NCBI GenBank assembly: GCA_041660105.1
Contig: JBAZWZ010000001.1
Span: 64,523 to 128,522, forward strand
From: Minisyncoccota bacterium
GTDB lineage: Bacteria > Patescibacteriota > Minisyncoccia > Phycocordibacterales > UBA1550
DNA: 64,000 bases
Direction of reading: 5' to 3'
Positions 56,685-64,000 of this stretch are shown here, piece by piece. A model generated the notes under the pieces. It did not search any database. It was not told the DNA's origin and saw only the letters and a program-made list of their open reading frames with translations. The translations under genes were made by a program, and so were the position numbers. Numbering within the stretch: the stretch's first letter is position 1; every line of letters starts with the position of its first letter.

Positions 56685-56949
56685 TTGATAATTTAGGGTT
56701 TCTATAAAAATTTGCCTACGGTTTTACCTAGCTTTTAGGCAAACTTTAAACAAAACAAGCTCGGAATGAGCTCGTGATGTATCTTATCAGATTGGAGAAT
56801 ATTGTCAAATCGAGTCGCGGACCCCCGCGCCTCGATTTGACAATATTCCTTAATGCACACTTTTGGCGTCCATGCTCTCCTTCACCAAAAACCCGCCTTT
56901 GGCGGGTTTTGTTCAATATTCCATATTCTACATTCGATATTCCGCCCAA

Positions 56950-57960
56950 TTAGAACTGATAGAACTTGGTCTTTGTTGTAGTTGGCGGTGTTAAGAGCGG
57001 GCAAACAAGCGTTGCTACTCCGGGACAAGCGACTACCGTTGTTCCTCCTGTGGGAACACCATCAACCATACATGCGCCCACTACAACTCCATCAAGGTTT
57101 GGATAACTATTCCCAGCGATATATGTAACCTGATCGCAAACAGCTGTTGCATTACAACTTCCCCAAATCATATTTGGATCTTGAAGATTGTATCCCATTG
57201 TAGCCACACAAGAAGGAGAAGATATCTGTCCTTCGTCAGCAATGGGAACACCGTTTACCTTTGGAGCAAAGTCAATCCAACCTACAACACTCACGCCCCC
57301 TGGGATACTGTCCCCACCAGCATCAACATCTGCTCCTCCCCATGCATAGCCAGAGAATTTATTACCTGAAATCTGGACTCCATAAGCAGGACCCGTGTCC
57401 CCAGCCGCCTTCGCAAGCTTAATCCAGCCGTCCCATCCACCCGCCTTGTCTCCTGCTAAAGTGCTGGTGCATTTCGTTCCATCCCAATTTGTATCCTTGC
57501 ATGCCTCAAGTGCTCGTGCCCACCCGCTGACAGCACCTGTTGCCCAATCGATTTGGGCCTGGCATGTACCAGAAGGACACGCACCATTGTCAATTGAGTC
57601 AAAGCTTATCCAGCCGATGCTTGGACTCCACGCCTCCCCAGAAAAATTACCCGTTCCGCCTGCCCCCTTAGTGGTAGTATCCACACTCAGCCCATAATCC
57701 CTCGTGACCATTGAACCATTGCCTCCGCAAGCGCCGCTGTCAATAAGACCATCATTATCTTTATCACAACCAGTACTGTTCAAACTAATCCATCCGATGG
57801 TATCGCTCCACGCCCAACCAGAAATATTATTCCCCGTACCTGCTTCTACTTTTTGGGTCTTCATAACCGATAAGTTAAGAAGGTACATTGTCCCTAAAAC
57901 AATGACGAGAATGGCTACCAGAAACGTATTACGAATTTTATGGATTGAAGATGTGCTCAT
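56950..57960 (-). CDS. Exported Cys/Trp/Gly-rich surface protein with GWAWS..IGWISF repeats, inserted between rplB and rpsS
   Basis: N-terminal TM/signal; SGWAWSDTIGWISL, SGEAWSPSIGWISF, SGWARA..WDGWIKL, SGYAWG..VGWIDF; many Cys. Confidence 0.85.
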   Translation of the reverse strand: MSTSSIHKIRNTFLVAILVIVLGTMYLLNLSVMKTQKVEAGTGNNISGWAWSDTIGWISLNSTGCDKDNDGLIDSGACGGNGSMVTRDYGLSVDTTTKGAGGTGNFSGEAWSPSIGWISFDSIDNGACPSGTCQAQIDWATGAVSGWARALEACKDTNWDGTKCTSTLAGDKAGGWDGWIKLAKAAGDTGPAYGVQISGNKFSGYAWGGADVDAGGDSIPGGVSVVGWIDFAPKVNGVPIADEGQISSPSCVATMGYNLQDPNMIWGSCNATAVCDQVTYIAGNSYPNLDGVVVGACMVDGVPTGGTTVVACPGVATLVCPLLTPPTTTKTKFYQF

Positions 57961-57990
57961 AAGAATATTTATTAAAGATTACTTAATAAG

Positions 57991-58228
57991 TATACCCCCA
58001 CACCTACTTTTTGCCTAGTGAGTTTTGCACAGGAATTATTTATATATCCAAAGCACAAAAGTACATAGATAGCCTAGGTGTAAAAGTAGGTGTGGGGGTG
58101 TACCCCCTTTCTTATTTTTCTGCCTACTCCTACTTTTTGCCTAGTGAGTTTTGCACAGGAATTATTTATATATCCAAAGCACAAAAGTACATAGATAGCC
58201 TAGGTGTAAAAGTAGGTGTGGGGGTGTA
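57991..58228. mobile_element. MITE-like element with TIRs, followed by an exact 100-bp duplicate
   Basis: TIR TATACCCCCACACCTACTTTTTGCCTAG / CTAGGTGTAAAAGTAGGTGTGGGGGTGTA (57991-58102); 58003-58102 equals 58129-58228. Confidence 0.7.
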
Positions 58229-58265
58229 TCACTTAAAAACAAATCAAGCGAAAATGATTGTGGAT

Positions 58266-58307
58266 AACAAAACCCCCGCCAATCGGCTGATTGGCGGGGG
58301 TTTTGTT
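58266..58307. terminator. Terminator-like hairpin after rplB
   Basis: AACAAAACCCCCGCCAATC-GGCT-GATTGGCGGGGGTTTTGTT. Confidence 0.7.
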
Positions 58308-58320
58308 GAAACACGAGTTT

Positions 58321-59160
58321 TTATTTTGACTTCTTGGTCTTGCGACGAGCGACGATGAGGTTGTTTGAGTACTTCTTTGGTGAACGTGTCTTGCGACCTC
58401 CTGTTACCTTTCCGTACTTTGTCTTTGGGCGCTTTGTTCCGCGACCCTGACGTCCTTCACCTCCACCGTATGGGTGGTCAACAGGGTTCATAGCAGATCC
58501 ACGAACTGTTGGACGGATTCCGAGCCAACGATTACGTCCTGCCTTACCGATGTTGCGGTGCTTGTATTCCTCGTTTGAAACAGCGCCGATTGATGCCCAC
58601 ACATTTTCTGAAACCTTACGGATTTCTCCTGAAGGCATCTTCAAGTGTGTCTGACCTCTGTCGTTTGCAACTACTTCTGCGTAGTTACCTGCTGAACGAG
58701 CGATACGTGCGCCACCATTTGGCTGAAGCTCGATGTTGTAAACGAATGTTCCAACAGGAACTTTGCGCAATGTTGTGCGGTTACCTGGCTTCAAAGGAGC
58801 TTCCTCTGAAATGATAAGTGTGTCACCTACCTTGATTCCTTGAGGAAGAAGGTTGTAACGGCGCTCACCGTCTGCGTAACATACTACACCGATGAAACCT
58901 GAGCGGTTTGGATCGTATTCAACGGTCTCAACCTTTGCAGGGATGTTGATCTTCTCGAAACGGAAGTCAATCTCACGGAATGAACGCTTGTGTCCACCTC
59001 CTTTGTGATGAGTCGTAATGCGACCAAACGCGTTGCGTCCAGAACCACGGCGGAATCCAGTCGTAAGAGACTTGAGAGGCTCGTTGGTCGTAAGCACACC
59101 ACGGTAGGTAACGATGGCGGTCTGACGATTTGAAGGTGTTGTTGGTTTAAATTTTTTCAT
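58321..59160 (-). CDS. rplB: 50S ribosomal protein L2
   Basis: GRNAFGRIT, EYDPNRS, RPTVRGSAMNPVDHPYGGGEG. Confidence 0.98.
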   Translation of the reverse strand: MKKFKPTTPSNRQTAIVTYRGVLTTNEPLKSLTTGFRRGSGRNAFGRITTHHKGGGHKRSFREIDFRFEKINIPAKVETVEYDPNRSGFIGVVCYADGERRYNLLPQGIKVGDTLIISEEAPLKPGNRTTLRKVPVGTFVYNIELQPNGGARIARSAGNYAEVVANDRGQTHLKMPSGEIRKVSENVWASIGAVSNEEYKHRNIGKAGRNRWLGIRPTVRGSAMNPVDHPYGGGEGRQGRGTKRPKTKYGKVTGGRKTRSPKKYSNNLIVARRKTKKSK

Positions 59161-59171
59161 ATTGGTAAATA

Positions 59172-59528
59172 TTATACAATTTCTATTGTCTCACCCTTCT
59201 TGAGCGTGACCAACGCCTTGCGAATACCAGACTTCACACCGTTCTTTCCACGCACGAATACACGAGTGTCAGGAAGATTTATAATGTTCACACGGATTGG
59301 TGTGACATTGTAAAGCGCCTTGATCGCCTTCGCAATCTCAATCTTGTTGGTTGTCTTTGCAACCTCAAATACATAAGTATTTTTCTCTGCAAGAACAGCA
59401 GCTTTCTCCGTGATATGTGGGCGAACAATAGCGTTCACGCGCTCTCCGAGACCTACCTTGCTATCAGTCTTTTTTACTTTGGCAACCTTTGTTGTTGCTT
59501 CTTTTTTTGTTTTGTTGAAAATGGCCAT
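59172..59528 (-). CDS. rplW: 50S ribosomal protein L23
   Basis: PHITEKA, YVFEV, NKIEI, KALVTL. Confidence 0.95.
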   Translation of the reverse strand: MAIFNKTKKEATTKVAKVKKTDSKVGLGERVNAIVRPHITEKAAVLAEKNTYVFEVAKTTNKIEIAKAIKALYNVTPIRVNIINLPDTRVFVRGKNGVKSGIRKALVTLKKGETIEIV

Positions 59529-59539
59529 GATAGTAGAGG

Positions 59540-60223
59540 TTACTTGGTAGCTGCAACTGGTGTTGCAAGCTTGCCTTCGATAAAACTAATAGCTTTCTCG
59601 GGGCTCACAATTACGACGTACTTGTGATTGAGGAGGTCAATAGGGTTCATATTCTCCACTGCATCAAACTCAACACTGCCGAAGTTTGCAAAGCTCTTGC
59701 TTGCAGCCTCTGACTTCACCCCTGTTGCGAAGTACGCAGCATTCTTGCGCTTGGTGATCATCTTCTCAAAACCTTTTACCGTTGAAAGTGATGTCAAGAT
59801 TGCCTTTGCCTCAGCTGTCTTTGGTGTCTTCATTTCGATAGCATCAACAAAGAGCACTTCTCCGTTGCGGAACTTCTCTGAGAGCACAGTGTAAAGTGCC
59901 TTTGCGCGAACTTTCTTGTTGATCTTCTTTGAGTAATCCTTCACGTTCATTGGACCGTGAGTGATCCCTCCGTGACGCCAAATAGGTGAACGAGATGATC
60001 CGTGACGAGCACGACCTGTTCCCTTTTGAGCCCAAGGCTTGATACCTCCTCCAGACACTGCACTGCGGTCCTTGACCTGAGCTGTCGACATACGTGCGTT
60101 TGAACGCATTGACTCAACAACCTGGTGTACCAAGTCTGCATTCCATGAGAGACCCCACACTTTTTCATTGAGTGCGAGCTTACCTGCTTCCTTTCCCTTT
60201 GTATTGTAAATTATTGCTTCCAT
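59540..60223 (-). CDS. rplD: 50S ribosomal protein L4
   Basis: VSGGGIKPWAQKGTGRARHGS, SPIWRHGG. Confidence 0.97.
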   Translation of the reverse strand: MEAIIYNTKGKEAGKLALNEKVWGLSWNADLVHQVVESMRSNARMSTAQVKDRSAVSGGGIKPWAQKGTGRARHGSSRSPIWRHGGITHGPMNVKDYSKKINKKVRAKALYTVLSEKFRNGEVLFVDAIEMKTPKTAEAKAILTSLSTVKGFEKMITKRKNAAYFATGVKSEAASKSFANFGSVEFDAVENMNPIDLLNHKYVVIVSPEKAISFIEGKLATPVAATK

Positions 60224-60234
60224 AGTAGTACAGA

Positions 60235-60852
60235 TTATTTAGCGGTAGACTTAATCTCGAGGAGTGCTCCCTTGATCCCTGGTACACAACCAGATACGAG
60301 AATTTTGCCATTAGTAGTGTCGACGCCGAGCACGCGCAAACCTTTTACGCTTACACGATCACTACCCATACGGCCTGCCATACGACGACCTTTTGAAATC
60401 TTCTGCTGGCCTGTTGAGCCAATAGAACCTGGCTCACGCTCAGAGTGCTTCTGACCGTGGGTACGCTGACCTCCCTTAAACTTGTGGCGCTTGACCACAC
60501 CCTGGAAGCCCTTACCTTTTGAAGTACCAACTACGGTAACTTCATCGCCAACCTCGAATGCTCCTGCATCAACAGTATCTCCTTTCTTGAAGCTACTTGC
60601 ATCATCCATACGAAACTCACGAATTGCAGCAAAAAGCCCGAGGTCCTTGGTGTGTCCTTGGACGGCCTTTGAGATGTTTTTTGCGGCACGCGTTCCGAAG
60701 CCAACCTGCACAGCTTCGTAACCATCCTTGTCCTTCGACTTTACCTGTGTTATCGACACGGGTCCAACCGAAAGAAGTGTTGCAGCAGTCGCAAGCCCGT
60801 CAGGGCCTACGAAAGAGAACATATTTTCTTTTCTTCCTAGAATAAATTTCAT
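60235..60852 (-). CDS. rplC: 50S ribosomal protein L3
   Basis: DGYEAVQVG, SKGKGFQGVVKR, PGSIG, MAGRMG. Confidence 0.97.
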   Translation of the reverse strand: MKFILGRKENMFSFVGPDGLATAATLLSVGPVSITQVKSKDKDGYEAVQVGFGTRAAKNISKAVQGHTKDLGLFAAIREFRMDDASSFKKGDTVDAGAFEVGDEVTVVGTSKGKGFQGVVKRHKFKGGQRTHGQKHSEREPGSIGSTGQQKISKGRRMAGRMGSDRVSVKGLRVLGVDTTNGKILVSGCVPGIKGALLEIKSTAK

Positions 60853-60930
60853 AACGGTAAATTACGGTAACCATTGCAATCTACACTCGCGTGTGATTGT
60901 TGGTATTTTATTAATTAATAGCACCTAAAC

Positions 60931-61038
60931 AATTTTTAATGCTAAATTTTAAATTTTTAAATAATATTTTAATTCTTTAATTCTAAAATTAAGAAATTAG
61001 GATTTATTTTGAAATTTGAAATTAAACATTTGAAATTA
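60931..61038. repeat. AT-rich inverted short-period repeat element between rpsJ and rplC
   Basis: AATTTT-type units then AAATT-type inverted units; shares blocks with 46309-46400. Confidence 0.65.
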
Positions 61039-61043
61039 GTTTC

Positions 61044-61415
61044 CTACATCATCTTCACATCGATGTTGACACCTGATGGGAGTGAAAGATTGGTGAGGGC
61101 CTCAACAACTTTTGCATCTGGATTTATGATGTCAATCAAACGCTTGTGAACACGCATTTCAAACTGCTCACGTGCATTCTTGTAAATGAATGCTGAGCGA
61201 AGTACGGTGTACTTCTTGATCTCTGTTGGAAGTGGCATTGGCCCAATGACAAGAGCATCGTAACGAAGTGCGGTGTCAACAATCTGCTTTACAGAATTGT
61301 CGAGCACTTTGTTTTCGTATGCGCGTACGCGAATACGGAGCTTGTGCGTCACTTCCTTGTCTGTTGCTTTTTTTGCTACAGATTTCGTAGTTGTTTTTTT
61401 TGTTGCTGTTGTCAT
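61044..61415 (-). CDS. rpsJ: 30S ribosomal protein S10
   Basis: LRIRVRAY, GPMPLPT, REQFEMRVHKRLIDI. Confidence 0.97.
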   Translation of the reverse strand: MTTATKKTTTKSVAKKATDKEVTHKLRIRVRAYENKVLDNSVKQIVDTALRYDALVIGPMPLPTEIKKYTVLRSAFIYKNAREQFEMRVHKRLIDIINPDAKVVEALTNLSLPSGVNIDVKMM

Positions 61416-61423
61416 TTTGGGGA

Positions 61424-61504
61424 AGGTGCTAGGTGTTAGGTGTTAGGGTAGTAGTTAAAGCATTTTGCATTTTCCTAAAACCTAAAACCTTCAACCTCAA
61501 ACCT
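61424..61504. repeat. Inverted heptamer repeat element (AGGTGTT)n / (AAAACCT)n between tuf and rpsJ
   Basis: AGGTGCT AGGTGTT AGGTGTT AGG ... CCT AAAACCT AAAACCT TCAACCT CAAACCT. Confidence 0.75.
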
Positions 61505-61508
61505 GTAT

Positions 61509-62702
61509 CTAAGCTATAATCTTTGTTACAACGCCTGCGCCTACCGTACGGCCTCCTTCACGGATTGCGAAGTGCTGCTCTGCCTCGAGCGCAACAGGTG
61601 CAATGAGCTTTACCTTGAGGATCACCTGATCTCCTGGCATAACCATCTCTGTTCCTGCTGGAAGTGTTGAGTCACCCGTTACGTCCGTTGTACGGATGTA
61701 GAACTGAGGCTTGTAACCATTGAAGAATGGAGTGTGACGTCCACCTTCTTCCTTAGTAAGGATGTATACGTTTGCCTCGAACTCTGTGTGAGGAGTAACT
61801 GAACCAACCTTACAAAGAACCTGTCCACGAGTAATGTCTTCCTTCTTGATACCACGGATAAGGATGCCGGCGTTATCGCCTGCCATACCCTCCTGGAGTG
61901 ACTTGTTGAACATTTCAATCCCCGTAACGGTTGTCTTTACGGTGTCCTTGAGACCAACGATTTCAACTTCCTCTCCAACCTTAACAACTCCACGCTCGAT
62001 ACGTCCGGTTACCACTGTTCCACGGCCTTCGATTGAGAATACGTCCTCAACTGGCATAAGGAATGGCTTTGCAACGTCGCGCTCAGGAACGGGGATGTAT
62101 GTGTCGAGTGCATTTACGAGATCAAGGATCTTCACAGCCCACTCATTTGCTACATCTGTCGCCTCAAGAGCCTTGAGTGCTGAACCACGGATAACGGGCG
62201 CGTTCTTTCCGTCAAAGTGATACTTTGTGAGGAGGTCGCGAACTTCTTCTTCAACCATATCGATCATTTCTGGATCATCAACCATATCGCACTTGTTGAG
62301 GAATACAACGATCTTTGGAACACCGATCTGCTCTGCAAGGAGGATGTGCTCTCGTGTCTGGGGCATCACACCGTCTGTTGCTGCAACCACCAAGATAGCG
62401 CCGTCCATCTGTGCGGCTCCTGTGATCATGTTCTTGATGTAGTCGGCGTGACCTGGCGCGTCGATGTGCGCGTAGTGACGTGAATCTGATGAATACTCCT
62501 GGTGAGAAAGCGCGATTGTAATACCGCGTGCCTTTTCTTCTGGAGAGTTGTCAATTTCATCAACTGACTTCATCTTAACTGTCTTACCTGCAAGGTGAAG
62601 AACGTTAAGAATTGCTGCGGTAAGAGTAGTCTTGCCGTGGTCTACGTGACCAATAGTACCTACGTTAACGTGAGGCTTTGAACGATCAAATGCTTCTGCC
62701 AT
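61509..62702 (-). CDS. tuf: Elongation factor Tu
   Basis: [34 protein letters not shown]; start at MAEAF. Confidence 0.98.
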   Translation of the reverse strand: MAEAFDRSKPHVNVGTIGHVDHGKTTLTAAILNVLHLAGKTVKMKSVDEIDNSPEEKARGITIALSHQEYSSDSRHYAHIDAPGHADYIKNMITGAAQMDGAILVVAATDGVMPQTREHILLAEQIGVPKIVVFLNKCDMVDDPEMIDMVEEEVRDLLTKYHFDGKNAPVIRGSALKALEATDVANEWAVKILDLVNALDTYIPVPERDVAKPFLMPVEDVFSIEGRGTVVTGRIERGVVKVGEEVEIVGLKDTVKTTVTGIEMFNKSLQEGMAGDNAGILIRGIKKEDITRGQVLCKVGSVTPHTEFEANVYILTKEEGGRHTPFFNGYKPQFYIRTTDVTGDSTLPAGTEMVMPGDQVILKVKLIAPVALEAEQHFAIREGGRTVGAGVVTKIIA

Positions 62703-62912
62703 AATGTTTGTGTTTCTTGTAATCAAGGGTTTGGACACGAGAAGTCCCTAACAAGCCTTTTATTACAAGAGAAAAATTAAATGATAATTGATAATGGTTA
62801 CATTATTCGTTTCCTCGGCTCGGTGCTGAAAAATCTAGCTTTTTCAGCACGCTCACCTTCGTCACGAATAAAAAGTACCGCATACGCGATACAAGGGTCA
62901 TACTACCAAATA

Positions 62913-62973
62913 GGGAAGAATAGTCAAGGGGGTGTCCGCGCGGCGCGCGGACACCCCCTTGACTATTCTTCCC
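62913..62973. repeat. Perfect 29-bp inverted repeat with 3-nt loop
   Basis: GGGAAGAATAGTCAAGGGGGTGTCCGCGC-GGC-GCGCGGACACCCCCTTGACTATTCTTCCC. Confidence 0.85.
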
Positions 62974-62983
62974 CAAACAACCC

Positions 62984-63361
62984 CTATTTAACCAAATAAC
63001 TCTCCACCTTTTCCACTACTTCCTGTATTGAGTGCTGGACCTTGATTAAATACTCATTTACCCCAAGCTCTTCTGCGCGCATCTTGTCAGAATCCTGTCC
63101 GAGATTAGACAAGACAATGACAGGAATCTTCGCTAATATTGGATTTTTCTTGATTTCTTCAAGAACCGCGAAACCGTCCTTTTTGGGAAGCATCAGGTCG
63201 AGGATGATGAGATCTGGGACTTCGCTGGTAATTTTTGCAATTGCCTCCTCCCCATCGACTGCAAGAATAGTCTCAAACCCCTTTTGGGTAAGCTCCATAT
63301 TATACACCTTTGCTACATGCACATCGTCCTCAACTATCATTACTTTCTTGGGGTTGTTCAT
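62984..63361 (-). CDS. Single-domain response regulator (REC)
   Basis: IVEDD, DLIILDLMLPKKDG, SN, YLIK; start approximate. Confidence 0.92.
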   Translation of the reverse strand: MNNPKKVMIVEDDVHVAKVYNMELTQKGFETILAVDGEEAIAKITSEVPDLIILDLMLPKKDGFAVLEEIKKNPILAKIPVIVLSNLGQDSDKMRAEELGVNEYLIKVQHSIQEVVEKVESYLVK

Positions 63362-63468
63362 ATGTTTGTATTGTTTAGAGATAATAATTGATTGAATTTC
63401 CAGATCCATACTCTCGAGCCCACTTTTGACTTTAAGACTTTTGACGTTCGACTAGAGCGAAGCGACCC

Positions 63469-64000
63469 CTACATATCCTCGTAGATACCTTTTGGTTTTT
63501 GAAGTTTCCCGAATCCTATAAGGAGGAGGCTGAGTGCTACATACACAAAAAAGTGAGAAATATATACGTTTTGAATTAGTGAAATCCCAAAATCCTGAAG
63601 CACCTCGTATGCTTCAAAATATTCTGAAAATCCAGTTAGAATGAGGAGAATTGTCGCAGGGATGGAGTAGTGCGAAAACTCTGTAAAGACGGGCATTATT
63701 TCTCGCAACCTTCTGAGCGCTAAGATTCCTACGACTCCTGCAACAGTGATTCCCGTAAGAATGAGCTTGGGGAACCATACGGGAAACCACGACACGACTG
63801 CGGGAGAAATACTTGGTGCAATAAGACCAACAATACAGAGAGCAAAAAACGCCCAAAGTGCAACCATAATAGCCTGAGATTTGTTGTAATAAATGCGGAA
63901 AACAAACGCAAGAGAAAGAAACGCGCTGAGAATCCACACAAAGTAGCTTGCCTCGACGGTGAGCTGTACCACATCTGGCCTAATCAAAAAAATATTTAAA
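63469..64000 (-). CDS. Polytopic membrane protein, 5' part outside the window
   Basis: Several hydrophobic segments; the frame appears open to the edge. Confidence 0.7.
   Translation of the reverse strand, partial: LNIFLIRPDVVQLTVEASYFVWILSAFLSLAFVFRIYYNKSQAIMVALWAFFALCIVGLIAPSISPAVVSWFPVWFPKLILTGITVAGVVGILALRRLREIMPVFTEFSHYSIPATILLILTGFSEYFEAYEVLQDFGISLIQNVYISHFFVYVALSLLLIGFGKLQKPKGIYEDM

Noticed and set aside
58003-58358. 100-bp repeat as a CRISPR array, and the 115-aa plus-strand ORF as a repeat protein
   Set aside because: Only two long copies, no unique spacers and no cas genes. The ORF stays open only because the 126-bp period is a multiple of 3.
1-64000. Alternative genetic code (UGA=Gly), diversity-generating retroelement, retron, rRNA genes
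   Set aside because: Conserved genes translate full length in code 11 and some ORFs end in TGA. No reverse transcriptase, TR/VR pair or rRNA sequence was seen.

Overview
64 kb of a Patescibacteria (CPR, most likely Parcubacteria) chromosome using the standard genetic code. The assignment rests on no rpmD/L30 between rpsE and rplO, tRNA-Ile(UAU), tRNAs without encoded CCA, leaderless housekeeping genes and a CPR-type pilus locus. From left to right the window holds a type IV pilus/competence cluster (pilC-pilT-REC-pilB-pilP/O/N-like-pilM, comF), tRNA-Ser, pgsA-like, M3 peptidase, recG, tRNA-Ile(UAU), VanY-like peptidase, VKOR, ftsH, smpB, a small GIY-YIG gene and tmRNA. An 8.3 kb serine-recombinase island follows, then a second UAU tRNA, cydAB, infC-rpmI-rplT, a probable 6S RNA, ndk, a VirB4/VirD4-like ATPase, map-adk-secY, the spc and S10 ribosomal operons with foreign inserts, and tuf. 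Highlights: (1) the island integrates through a 6-bp core (TCCACA) lying inside its own integrase gene, so excision would swap the integrase C-terminus in frame; (2) tRNA-Ser and the reconstructed pre-integration tmRNA locus are each followed by an inverted copy of their own 3' end; (3) a 131/132-bp structured tandem repeat follows the tmRNA copy; (4) a small WCQH(F/Y)NGSW protein occurs both inside and just outside the island; (5) the GIY-YIG gene is framed by inverted repeats inside its own ORF; (6) several families of non-coding palindromic elements and arrays of self-contained promoter-SD-gene-terminator modules occur. All calls come from reading the sequence by eye; no database searches or folding programs were run.
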